DNA from: Klebsormidium nitens
Lineage: Eukaryota; Plantae; Klebsormidiophyceae
Direction: 5' to 3'
DNA length: 64,000 nucleotides
Assembly (NCBI GenBank): GCA_000708835.1
Contig: DF237141.1
Span: forward strand, 62,001 to 126,000
Below the pieces are notes generated by a model that ran no database searches, was not told the origin of the DNA, and worked only from the letters and a program-made list of their open reading frames with translations. This document shows, piece by piece, positions 13,609-25,600 of the stretch; position 1 is the first letter of the stretch, and each line of letters begins with the position of its first letter. The position numbers were made by a program, and so were the translations under genes.

Positions 13609-16600
13609 CTAGAACCACGGATGCCACGTGGGATCCATCATACACAAGTGAGTCGGCATCGACGCCTCCGCGACCAACTCCGTGACGCCCCTCTGCACCG
13701 ACAGCGGCACTTGCTCCGTCCCCTCCCCCTCCTCGGCATATGTCTGCGGGGCGATGGCCTTGACACGTGCCAGCACGTGGTCCACGTTCATGCCCACCTT
13801 CTGCTTGAGCTCGCCCGTCGTGAGCTGCAGCGTGCCCGTGGCGGGGGGCGCGGGCACGCGCTTGTACGACCATGACGTCAGCTCGTCCCGGAAGAACATG
13901 GCCAGCTGGCTCTCGATCGAGAACTGCGGCCGAAAGGACACAGAAGGCTCAGTAAAGGGGATTACGAAGTACAAGTTGGACGAACTTTGACCTATTTACA
14001 ACATCAGATTTCCTGCAACCATTGCGAGGCAGCGCACCATTCAAATCCAGACCCAGACCCAAACCCAGACCCAAACCTCATCAAAGTCAAACCCTCACCT
14101 GGGGCGCCACGGTTGCCTGGGCGGCCGCGCACATCGACGCCACGAACAGCCCCTCGACGCCGAACGACGTGAAGAACGTCTGCAGGTTCCGCGTGAGCCG
14201 GAACGGAACCGGCTCCTTGCACTCGACCAGCCCGTTGTCATTGTAAGTCGGATGGAAGTCGTTCTGGAAGATCTTGCCGGTGTTGGTCGCGAAGAGCGTC
14301 TTGTTGGGCGAGCGCGCGCCAATGTGCAGCATGTAGGACATGAAACTAGAGAGGGCGAGCTGCGCCGCGAACTGCTTCTTGAAGGTCCACAGGTGGTTGC
14401 ATGTGGGCAGGGTTTTGTACATGAACTGTGTGGAAAGCAAGGAAGCAGATTTGAGCTGGTGTTGGTGAAGTGCTTGGAGTTAGGATTTTGTGGCAGTCAC
14501 GCTTCGGCCCTCCAATACACTGGGCCCCCCTTCAACACCAGTTTCTAGACACCGGCGAAAATTTAGATTGGTTAAATAGTCCCTCCTGGTACTACGCAGT
14601 CTCAAATCCACCCAATCCAGGATCTCCCCAGTGCCCTAGAAGCGGGAACCATTGTTTTCTCATTCTCCACTTACGGGTGAGAAGACATTTCCGCGGACGT
14701 AGTTTCTTGGTAACAGTCTTGTCCGTATTCAAAGGGATCACAGGCTATGACCAGGAATCTGCTGGCACTATACGTTCTGAATACTGATTCAAAATGTCGC
14801 CCACTTTTGCTAAACGCGGGGACAAACTCTTGTTATAGCCCCCACTTACCTGCGAGAAGACGTTTTCGGACACGTGGTTCTTGGTGATGCTCTCGTACGT
14901 CTTGAGCCGCAGCTCCATGATGGCCTCCTGCGTCATCGTCCCCGCGATCGCCTGGTTCAGCTGCTCCTTGAAGAACGTGATGGGCAGGTCCGCCTCGCGC
15001 CCGTACCGCGCGCAGCTGATCTCGTACACCTCGCCGAACGTGTTGAACGACCGCTCGTCCTCCACCAGACGCACCTAAACCAAGGGTTAGGGGTTTAGTT
15101 AGTTAGTTAGTTGGTTAGTTAGTGGGCTATTCAAGGGTTTGGTTCAGGGTTCAGTGGACTGGTTTCTTGGATTGTGAAGCTTGCAAGTAATCGATCCCGT
15201 ACACCTCACCGAACGTGTTGAACGACCGCTCGTCCTCCACCAAACGCACCTGCAGAAGCAAAGCTCCAATTTGTGGTTAAACAGACACCAAGGCACTTTG
15301 AACGGCAGACTCCATAACCTCGAGGTGCATCCATCCTCAAGAGCCTTAGACGAGCCCCTTCTGCGGTCAGTCGGGGCAGCGTTGGGCGTGTGAAACGACT
15401 TGGTGGGTCTCGACATCCGTTACCTAGAACGCCTTCTGGAACAAGCTATAAATCTTCTTTGAAAATCTACCTCTCAGCGATTCACAGAACACACCCGCCG
15501 CAAGACGGGCCACATGTTGGGCGCCTTTCGGTGCAAGTAATCATTCCTTTTTCATGCCCTAAATCCCCTGCAAGCCTGATTCAACAGTACTCTCAAACAC
15601 CTGAAACGCGCCCACCTGCGGCCAGACGGGGCAGATGATGGGCGCGTGGAAGGCAAGGTGGCGCCGCCGCGACTCCTTGTGCTTGTCCAGCAGCCGGTTG
15701 AGCACCCGGAACAGCTGCACCATGCGCTCGTCGCTGCGCGCGCTCAGCGTGAGTGACGTCTGCACCAAAAACTGCTTCACCGAGCCGTCGCTGCCGATCA
15801 TCGTCAGGCGGCGGTGCGTGGTCCCGTGCCGGCGCACGACGGGGACGTCCGCGCCGATGCGGTCCAGCTTCACCGTGTGGTCGGGAGCAATCTCCTGGGG
15901 AGAGAATCATGTACAGATGTGGTTTTGTTGACTTTTAGTGGTCGGGGCAGTCGCTTGGGTGAAAGGTAGCGGTGAGGCAGACCGGAATCTGTCCGCGCCG
16001 ATGCGGTCCAGCTTCACCGTGTGGTCGGGGGCGATCTCCTGGGGAAAAATTTACTTGGTAAGAACTGGGATTCTGTTGATTCTGATCTGATTGTAGGGCA
16101 AAGCTCTTCTCGAGAACGAGTGGCAGTTGAAACGGTGTGATAGCATCCAAGGTTAGTCCAACGTGCGAAAATGATGTCGTGGGCGCTGGGCGCAAATGCC
16201 CGAGCAGGTAAGAGCAGCCAAATCCCCTCACAGTACCCGAACGCGATTACGAACCCACTTGCAAGCACTCTTTATAGCACGGCCAGCGCACGCAAGTCCC
16301 TGCATGCATCTACTTTCCTATTACGCAATCTTGTTGGCACCTCTTTGGAACCACGCACGACTTCCTCCAAAACCGGGAATGCCCTCATCCCTTAGACCCT
16401 GTGATCCTCAGAAGCCTGAGCTCGTGCAATTCGGAATCCTCACCTGGTCGTTAAGGTACTGCCCCGGCACCTCGACGTCCAGCACGTGAAACTCGCGCAG
16501 CGCGCGGCTCTCCTCCTCTAGTTTCATCACGCTCGGAAGCCGCTCCTCCACGTTCCGCTGCAAGGAAACCAAGGGCTCAAACTTCAACCCGCAGAAAGCG

Positions 16601-19600
16601 TGGGTGCTGGAAATTTTAACGTCTGGAACATTTCACCTGAATGTCAAGAATAACTGTCTGGGCTGAAGCAGAGAGTGGGTCACGAAAGGTAAGAAGGCAT
16701 TTTCGAGAGAACTGGAGATTTGTGGGTTTCAAGGATCAGAGTGCACGCACTGCGTTGGAGGCGGCGCCGCTTCTTCGACGAGACTCGTCGCATCCTGCCG
16801 CGTATGCCAGTCAGCAGTCTGGATCCGCCTCAAGAGGTGCTTGTGATCTGAAATAAGTTGCCACTATAACACACACGAGAACAAGAAGCTGAACACTTGA
16901 CTAGGAAAACAGGAACGCACCTGCAGGATGGTCTTCCAGGCCTTGAGCTTTTCGGTGAGCTCCGCGAGCGTGGCCGGGAAGTTGCGGCTGTCGGGGTTGA
17001 GGTCGTTCTCGAACTCCTGCTTGTACTCTTGCACGAAGTCGTTGTGCTTGTTCACCGTGTCCATCGAGAAGCACGCGCGGCACACACCTGGCGGATGGCG
17101 AAAACTTTGATTTGATTCGTTTCGGAGAATTGTGACTATGTTTGGAAATTTCAATCAAGAGGAGAATGAAGACCACCGCCCTCTTCGCGACAGAGAGTGC
17201 GAGCCAGAAGAGCATGCGACTCTGTAGTTGGTCTAATCGTCACACATCTCGAAGACACGCGCGAGTGGCTACGCCTGCAGAACATGAAAAATGCTCAACA
17301 CCAGAGCTGATAACAAAAGGGAAGACTGTAAACCAAAAAATCGTGTCTGAGACGTCTAAGATTATTGTGGATGGTAGCTTTAGGAGATTTGTAGTGACAC
17401 TGCAGCGTCCAAAGTCATCGAAGCACCACGCGAAAGAGAAAGCCGAGAAGGAGTATTTTACATGGGGTCTTGAAGCAAAGAGGAAAAGCAAAAGTCCTTA
17501 CCTGAGAGCTCCTTCTTAAGGTGCTTAGGCACTTCGGAGGTGGTGGCCGTTGGGACTTGTAGTGACACTGCGACATTTGAATCCCTTATAGCACCACGTA
17601 GAAAGAAAGCGAAGGAGGACTTAAACACGGAAATTCCAGAGCAACAGCAAATGAAAAGAGCCTCCTTACCCGAGAGCTCGTTTTTGAGATGCTTGGGCAC
17701 TTCTGAGGTGGTGGCCGTTGGGAACTTGTAACAGCGGTGCAGCAACGCGTGGACTACGGCCAGCAGGCGCTCCTCGGGGAGGGGCACGAACCGGCTCCCG
17801 ATCTCGGTTAGCATAACCTCCAGCTCGGTCGCAAGGTTTTGGTGCGCCAATCTGCAGGATGATGGGTTAAGGTGGGTTCAGTCGTGTAGCAGGATGCTTG
17901 GGAGGGGATGCTTCAGCCCACAAAACAAAATTGAGGACGGGTTATGACTTGCTAAGGAAGATAGAATCGTCACTGAATGAGACGGCTGCAACCGGTTAGG
18001 CAGAGACCGTGAAGTGTTCTTACAGTCTCAACTGCACCTCCGGTCGCAAGCAGAGTTGCAGACACATACATCCTAGGTTGCCACATCGCAAAATCAAAAC
18101 TGACCAAATTGACAAGTCAGATTTCAAAGTATCCGTTATTGTAATCTGTTAGCCCCAGCACGCACCTCAGTTTCTCCATCACCTCCTTCGCCAGGTCAAA
18201 CGCCGCCTTTGCCGCGTACGCCAGCGACCCTTTCGGGGGGGCCGCTGCATCCGGCCCGCCCTGGCTGGACTCACCCCCCTGAACCGAGAGCGCCCCCTGA
18301 CTCGCATCTCCGTGCCCGCTAACCCCGTCGTCTTCCTGCTTAACCACCGAGCCACTCCCTGACCGGTTTCCTAACCCAGGTCCGGGCTGAGAAGACTGGT
18401 CGGGGCCTTGTGTTCCGGGCGACTGGTAATTGAGATTGCCGTCTGAGCCCTGCCCGGTGTGCGAGCCCAGTCCGCCGCGCTGCGGGACGCCCGTGTTCTT
18501 GACGGAGTTGGCCATCTCGCGGCGCTCGAGCAGGAAGCAGCGGAGGGAGTAGTAGACGGCCTGGGAGGAAGGAAAGAAAGTACTCCGTTAAGTTCCTTTG
18601 TTTGTTATTTTTGTCTTCGAGTCGATTCACAATAATGTGGTTTGAAGAAGTTTGCATACGTCTGTTGACTGTGCGACACTGCGGAACCAAAAACCATTAG
18701 GTGCGTTCTAAGCGAGCCCGTCAAGAAACCCGCTTGTCTCTCGAGCGGCCCAAGAGTCAAGGAAAGATAATACTTCAAGCCAAATTCTAGAAACATTAAC
18801 CCCAAATACATCCAGTATGAGGGTCGACTGCGTGGAACCTTAAGTCTTAAGCCCCTCACGGCTTTGTGACAGGATTCGAGCGAGCTTGTCTGGCACCGCT
18901 TTCCGGCGCTCCGAATTCGCCATACATACAAGCACAGCATTTTCGTTTTCGTCTTTCCTCACCTGTGGAAACACTGACGCGAGCTTGATGAGCACCGCCT
19001 TGCAGTGCTGCGCCTCCGGCCGTTGCAACGCCAGCAGCAACTGCGGCACCCACGAGAGCCACACCCAATGTGGGATGTTATCCCCGTACTTGTCGAACGC
19101 TTTTCCGACTGTCCCTTCCTGGTTGTCGAAGCTCAGAAGATACAGAACGCGCGCCAAATGGTTCCGCCCGTCTGCGCTGCCGTATTTGACGCCTTGGAGG
19201 TAGCACGAGACGGCGTACTCGAGCCAGAGCTGCTCGCCGGTTTCGCGGTAGACCTTGTCGCAGTAGTTGCCCCAGCTGACCCAGCCCTTGGGGAGGTGCT
19301 TGAAAAGGGAGATGGCCGTCGAAAAAGCCTGGAAAAGAAGGGTTGAGATTTGAATAAAGCAGTCCTGAGGATTCAGAAACGTGGAATTTGAGTAACGGAT
19401 GACTTGTCGCAGTAGTTGCCCCAGCTGACCCAGCCCTTGGGGAGGTGCTTGAAGAGGGAGATGCCCGTGGAGAACGCCTGGACAAGAATGGGCTTTCAGG
19501 ATCTGCTTCGAGCGATCTCAAAGCATTGAAGGCACAAAAGTCAGCGACTGGGTAATTCGTTGAGAGTAGTCGCCACGGCTGATCCAGCTCATACTTGAAA

Positions 19601-22600
19601 AGGGAGATGGCCGTCGAGAAGGCCTGTATAGAAACGGGCACGAGTTGGTTTAAGAAATTTCAATAGGTTAGGGTTCAGGGGTGAAAACTTGTCGCAGAAG
19701 TTGCCGCGGCTGAGCCAGCCCTTGCAGAGGTGCTTGAATAGCGATATGGCCGTTGAGAACGCCTGGAAACGAACGGGTTTCCATATTTTGCTATGAAAAG
19801 TCTCCAGGTCCAAAGTCACAAAGTCGGACTACTGATCAAGGATTGTCCCGGCTGATCCAGCTCGTGAAAATGTGCTTGAACAGCAAAGTGCCCGTCGAGA
19901 AGACCTTGAGACCAATGGGTTTGTCTGACGTCAGCATTCTTGACAAATCAAAGCCCCTTAAAACGAGGAGTAGAATAGTTGTCGCATGGTTTGAGCAGAT
20001 CAGAGGCATATGGAGTTATAGATTCTGCGACTTGGTGACCTTGTCGAAAGTGCTAAACTTCAGCTCGCCCAATCTTCTGCGAAGGTCCTAGAACAGCGGG
20101 ATGGCGATTGCAACCCCGTGAAAAAAGATGGTGGTTGCTCTTCAGCCTATGATAATGGCCTCCTCACTCCCGTCTCAACCCGCCCACCTGGTTAGCGTTG
20201 TCCCCGTCGCCCATGCGCATGAGGAACTCGCCCTTGAGGCGGAAGATCTCGGCCTTGTGTTGCACGGGGAAGTACTCCAGATTGGTCGTGTTGATCGTGT
20301 TCATCCCCGTGCGCAGCTCGCCCTTCATGTCCAAGTACGCCTTCGCCTGCTCGCGGATCTTCACAAACGCCTCCTGTGAACGCAGGCAAAGAGTTGTATT
20401 GTATTTTATTCATTACATATCCTAAAAGACATATTTTTGATTCTGGTTGAGACGTTTGAACCGAGGCCGAAGGGTTTGTGGAAACGGGAGCCTGTCGTGA
20501 ATGTCAGGGACAGAGATTTGCATTCTTTGTCCAAGTACGCGTTTGCCTGCTCGCGGATCTTTAGAAACGCCTCCTGCGGAGCACAGTTGAGAGGGGGATG
20601 AAGACACAGATCTTATGAACCAATATCGAGAACCATTGAAGGAGTGATCGCTTGCAACTTGCAGTTCATTTGTATCTACGAATGCCAAGATTCACCCTGC
20701 AATTGTAGTCCTTGTCTGAGGTTGTCAAGCTTTAGCCTTAGCCCGCACTACCCACTACCTAAAAGTTCCCACAAATTGAAATAGTTGCGATAGCGTGCCT
20801 CAACTGTCGATTGCACCTGTCGGCTTTACAACCACCTACTCTCCCTGCTTTTGTTCAACTGGTGCTTCATTTCTGTGCATCATACCATGAGAAGGTGCTA
20901 CAGCAGTCAACCAGGATGCCCCGTTGTTTCTACACGAGCTTCTCGGAACAGATTGTGCACTTAAATAAAGCGAACCGCCAAGAGTTTGCCTAGTCAAGCC
21001 TTGCGAATGTGAATACGCACCTGGACCTCCATGGTCATAAACCCGTACAACTTATTGAGCACATTCACACAGACCTCCCCGAGCCCTTGCTTGCGCGCCA
21101 CGTAGGCGAGCTTATTCACACTCCAGGCCTTGTCCCGGAAGCCCAGCTGGTGTAACTGCGGGTTGGTCTCCTGGAAGTGCTTGAACGCGTTGATGATGGT
21201 ATTGTACCTGAAAACGGACGGCATGAAGAATCCGGGGATATTATACAAGCTACTAACTCAAAACCACCTCCCTTATCCTGTCAAGCAACTCGAGCATGTC
21301 ATGATTGCGTGTGGTCAAACTGTTGAAGGGGGGACGCATGTGATTTAGCCAACAGATTCTCGGATAACCAGCAGCGGACCGTCGAACCTAGTTCCACTAT
21401 TCTCTGGCGGAAACCCATAGTAATTGAGAGTCAAAAGCCACAAATGGAGTGGAATGAGGAACGCCGCAATCCATTGCAGGAGCGAAGCCACTGGCATATC
21501 CTTGGGCTCCATGCTTTTTTCTTTGAACTTTCACAGGTACCTAACGTTTTCCCGACGTTAGGACCTCTAACTCTGAGGGCTCACATGTCGCTGCGCAACA
21601 GGAGTAGGTCGTTCAGACCGTAGAATCCTCTCACTCCTTGGGCACACGTATTCCCCACGTTTCCAGCGTATCCTTGAACTTTGCACTCGTTTTCACTAAG
21701 ATACGGATATTTTATGCACAAAATTTCAAGGTCCAGAACTGCTAAGAGCTCACATGTGGTTGCGCCACTGGAGAAGGTCGTTCCAGACCGTCAGATCGTC
21801 CCACTCGTTGGGCACGCGCAGGCGCCACGTCTCCAGCGTATCCTTGAGCTCCACGTACTGCGGCCCCGCCGCCGGGGGGACCGCCTGCCCTGCCGCCTGG
21901 GCCTGTTGAAGCGCGGCCTGCTGCTTGCTGGACTGGTTAATCTCTACCAGCACCTGAAAACGGGTCAAGTAGGGTTGACGGGATCTAGCTCTGCGATGCC
22001 CAACAAACAGCCTCATGTCCTGGCAGCATCATCTGTTGCTCGCTGAAATGGTGAATCTCAACCGGCACCTGGAAACGGGATAGGCGGGGTTGATATTACT
22101 GACTTTAAAGGTTTGAATTTGAATATGGAATCTTGTCTAGGTTTCAATGCTGACGGCGCTGCCCTGCTGCTTGCTGGCCTGGTTGATCTCCACCATCACC
22201 TGGAAACGGGTTAAGCAGGGTTAGACATCCCAAAGGTAACGATTTCATGTTTTAAGATTGTGGTTCAGGTTGCAATGTCTTGACGACTTTGATGGTCCTG
22301 CCCGCTTGCCAAGTGGTTGACGTTTACCAGCTCTAAGGGGGAAGACAGAGACAGCGTTTCAGAAGATGGAGTAGAGTTTTGAAAGTCACAGTCTGTGCTT
22401 TCGATTGCAGAGGCGTTGGATCTGGCAGCGCCGCTTCTTGCTGATGGTTCAGTTACAAAGCGCTTATAAGTTGACGGACTTTTGGGGCCTGACAAGCTGC
22501 TAGGACTGCTGCAGCAGCGGATTGCGACTTTGTGAGTAGAGTTTGGCAGTCGGGGTCTGCAAATGCGATTGGTCAGGTTAAGACTAACCCACTGCAAAAG

Positions 22601-25600
22601 TGCTGAACCCACATTGGATGACCTGCAGCTCGGGGAGCTGCTCGGACTGCCCCTGGAAACTTTCTGATGGTGCCCATAGAAGGAAAGAAGGGAATGCAAA
22701 GAAAATTCTATTCAATCCTCATAACACCCTCGGGGTGCAAGACTCACCTTGGCCGACTCCTGTAACTCGACGAGCTGCTGGAACTGCTGCAGCAGCGGGA
22801 TGTGGTTCTGCACGCCCAGCTCCGGCAGCTGCCACCACCGCTGCAGCGCCAGCTCCATGCCCTGCGCGCACCGCACGTCCGCCTCGTGCAAGCTCGACAT
22901 GCTGCCCTCGTGGAGCGCCACGTACGCCTGCAAGTGGGAAAGAGGATGAAATGAGCATGATGCCAGCAGAAACTTAGTGAAGGACGTGCTCGTTGAAGGT
23001 GGTTGAAAGTGATTTCACGACCTAAAAGCACCGCACAGCTGCCTCGTGCAGTCTCGACATGCTGCCCTCGTGGAGCGCCACGTATGCGTCTGTGAGGAAG
23101 GATGGCGTCAGCGTGACGCCAATGACAACCTGGTAAACAGAGCGTTTGTCAATAGCAGATTTTGCGACTTGGACGCAATGCACGTCCGCCTCGTGCAAAC
23201 TCGACATGCTGCCCTCGTTGGAGCGCCCCGTACGCCTGCGGAGGGGGGAAAACGAACTACGTCAGCATGACGTGGGGAAGAGAGCGCTCCCGACAATACG
23301 ATACATTCTACAGATATGAGCACCGTACGTCCGTTCCGTACGGGCTCGACATGCTGCCCTCGTGGAGTCGCAAGTATGCCTGTGGAAGCAAGACGATGAC
23401 GTCAGGAGGGAATATGGAAACGGTACGGACAGCGTCTCATCGTTCAGTGCCTTCGTCAACACGAAGCACGGAAGCATCCTCTTCCAGAGCTTCTGCTTAC
23501 GCCCTGTTTTCGAGATGCTGACCCGACCTTTAAGACGAGCTTGATGGACGATCCCTGCTGCTTAAAGCCCTTCACTTCTTCAAAAAGGCGGTTCTCCACC
23601 TATCGAGTTGTTCTTTATTTGTCAAGCACATTGTCCGACGACCAAGAACTTTTCATACCCGCCGATCCCCAAAACCCACTGAACCCTATCAAAACGCTCG
23701 TGACAAGAAGGTGGTCAAGGGAAAAGCAGCCCCAAAGAATACAGAAGTACAAAAGAAAAACCCTCGCCTCCTGACCTGGACCATGCGCAGCCGCGGCGTC
23801 TCCTCGACCTGCGCTTTCGGCAGCACGTTGTCTTTCAGCGCCGGCCAGTCCGGCAGCTTCCATAGCGTATCCATCAGGATGTCGTAATTCTCTACGGACC
23901 GTCCGAAGTCCGCCAACAGCTCCCACTGGTTGAGCCGCTTTGCGCTGGAGATCCACTGCTCTTCCCAGAGGCACATCTCGGCTTTCAAAACGGTCGCGTC
24001 GAAGCCGCCCTGCGCGGAGCGCGTCATCCCGCGGTAGAAGACCTCCTGCGCGCGCTGCCACATGCCGTGCTGGACGAGCGATCTGGACAGACGGGGACCC
24101 AGATTGACAACCCGCAATCTCGGTTCCAGGAGACTTGTAGAATATGTGGGTTGCTTCGCGCTTTGAATTGCTCTTCGAAATTTCGTGAATTTTCTGAAAG
24201 CTCAACAGGTGCGGATCCCCGTTATGAAACGACCAATTTGGGCTCCAAAGAAGCTCGCTTTCTGGACAAAGAGTCGAGAATATTGACCTCCGACTGCATA
24301 TCACGTCCGAAAGCATGTTCGAGCGTCGAGCGAACGGTTGCACGGAGCGAAGAGTCCAACGGTTGGCGAGTCCCAAATTTGTGCACCCTTCAACCCCTGA
24401 AAGTGGAGGCGTTTACAGGACGGCCCTTATAGATCAAGCAGATAGGAAAGTTCCGAAACCCCTATACATCGAGCCATGGTAGCGTTGGAGACGAACAAAC
24501 TGTCGGCTTTTCTGAACACTCAGAATAACACTTACAGGCCGGCCTTCGTTTCTGCGGTGAGCGCGCGCCGCTTCCACAGCCCGTACAGCACGTCCTCTTC
24601 ATTCAACAACCGGTACAGCTCCCCGAGCGCGTCGAAGCAGCGGCTCTCGCCCGGGAACAGCATCACGTGGCTCTCCAGGAGCGGTATAGCTATGTGCCAC
24701 GCATTATACGTCTTGCCCAGGAACTTGATAAGCTCCGACGGGAACTTGGGCTGCGGTTGGCTGAGCGAGATTCCTTCCAGGAGCGCTTGGACCACGTTCG
24801 GCCGCCGGTCTAGTTGCTTCGTGTGGTACTGTTTGGAGAGAAGCGCGATCATGGGCTTGGCGAGTTGAACCTGTTCGGACTGTTGGAGCGTCGCCCATAC
24901 GATGGGGAAAATGAGGACCCACATGTGGTACGCAACCTGCAACGAAAAGGCGAGTCCTAAGTAAGAGAGAAGATGATCGAAGTATTGGCAAAATCATCGA
25001 TCTGAACGGACTATATACACTCAAAGTTAAATCAACCTCTAGAGCATGTACTCGAAGTCAAAAAGGCTCTGGTGCACACTTGGTGTTTGGGTACAGACGT
25101 TGGCTTGCGTTGATTGCAGAGACTCCAGATCGAGCTCCGGCACAATTGTATCCTCTCCAAGTTCGTATGCTGTGGATATATCAGGCAAACTCAGGCTGTT
25201 ACCTTTACTTATGACGTCAGAGCCACCAAGACAAAGTTCACTTCGCAAGAACCACGATGCCTCCGCAAGCAGCAGGAAAGCAGTGCGAAGATACCTCTGA
25301 TATCTCCTTTCAGAAAAAAGAAAACTTCTCAAACATCGCCCGATAACGCCCTCACCTGAGAGTCGTAGTGTGCGAGCTCCCTCAGCGGAAGGATGAGATC
25401 CGACACCTGGAGTTTGGCCACGTCATTCAGGAACTTGGCGTGCTTCGTTAGCAGCCCGTAGAACGTCATCTCCTTCTCGCCCTCAGCCCCGCCCGCGCTC
25501 TCGTCCGTTTGCTCGACCGCCTCCGGGGCCCTCATCGGGGTGTCTACCGGGACGGGCTTTTCGGGCAATGAGCCCACGACCATGAGCGCCGGGACCTGCG

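Noticed and set aside
15085-15124. Interstitial telomere repeat (GGGTTAGGGTTTAG)
   Set aside because: Only about two units; better explained as a (TTAG)n microsatellite or branch-point reiteration next to an acceptor.
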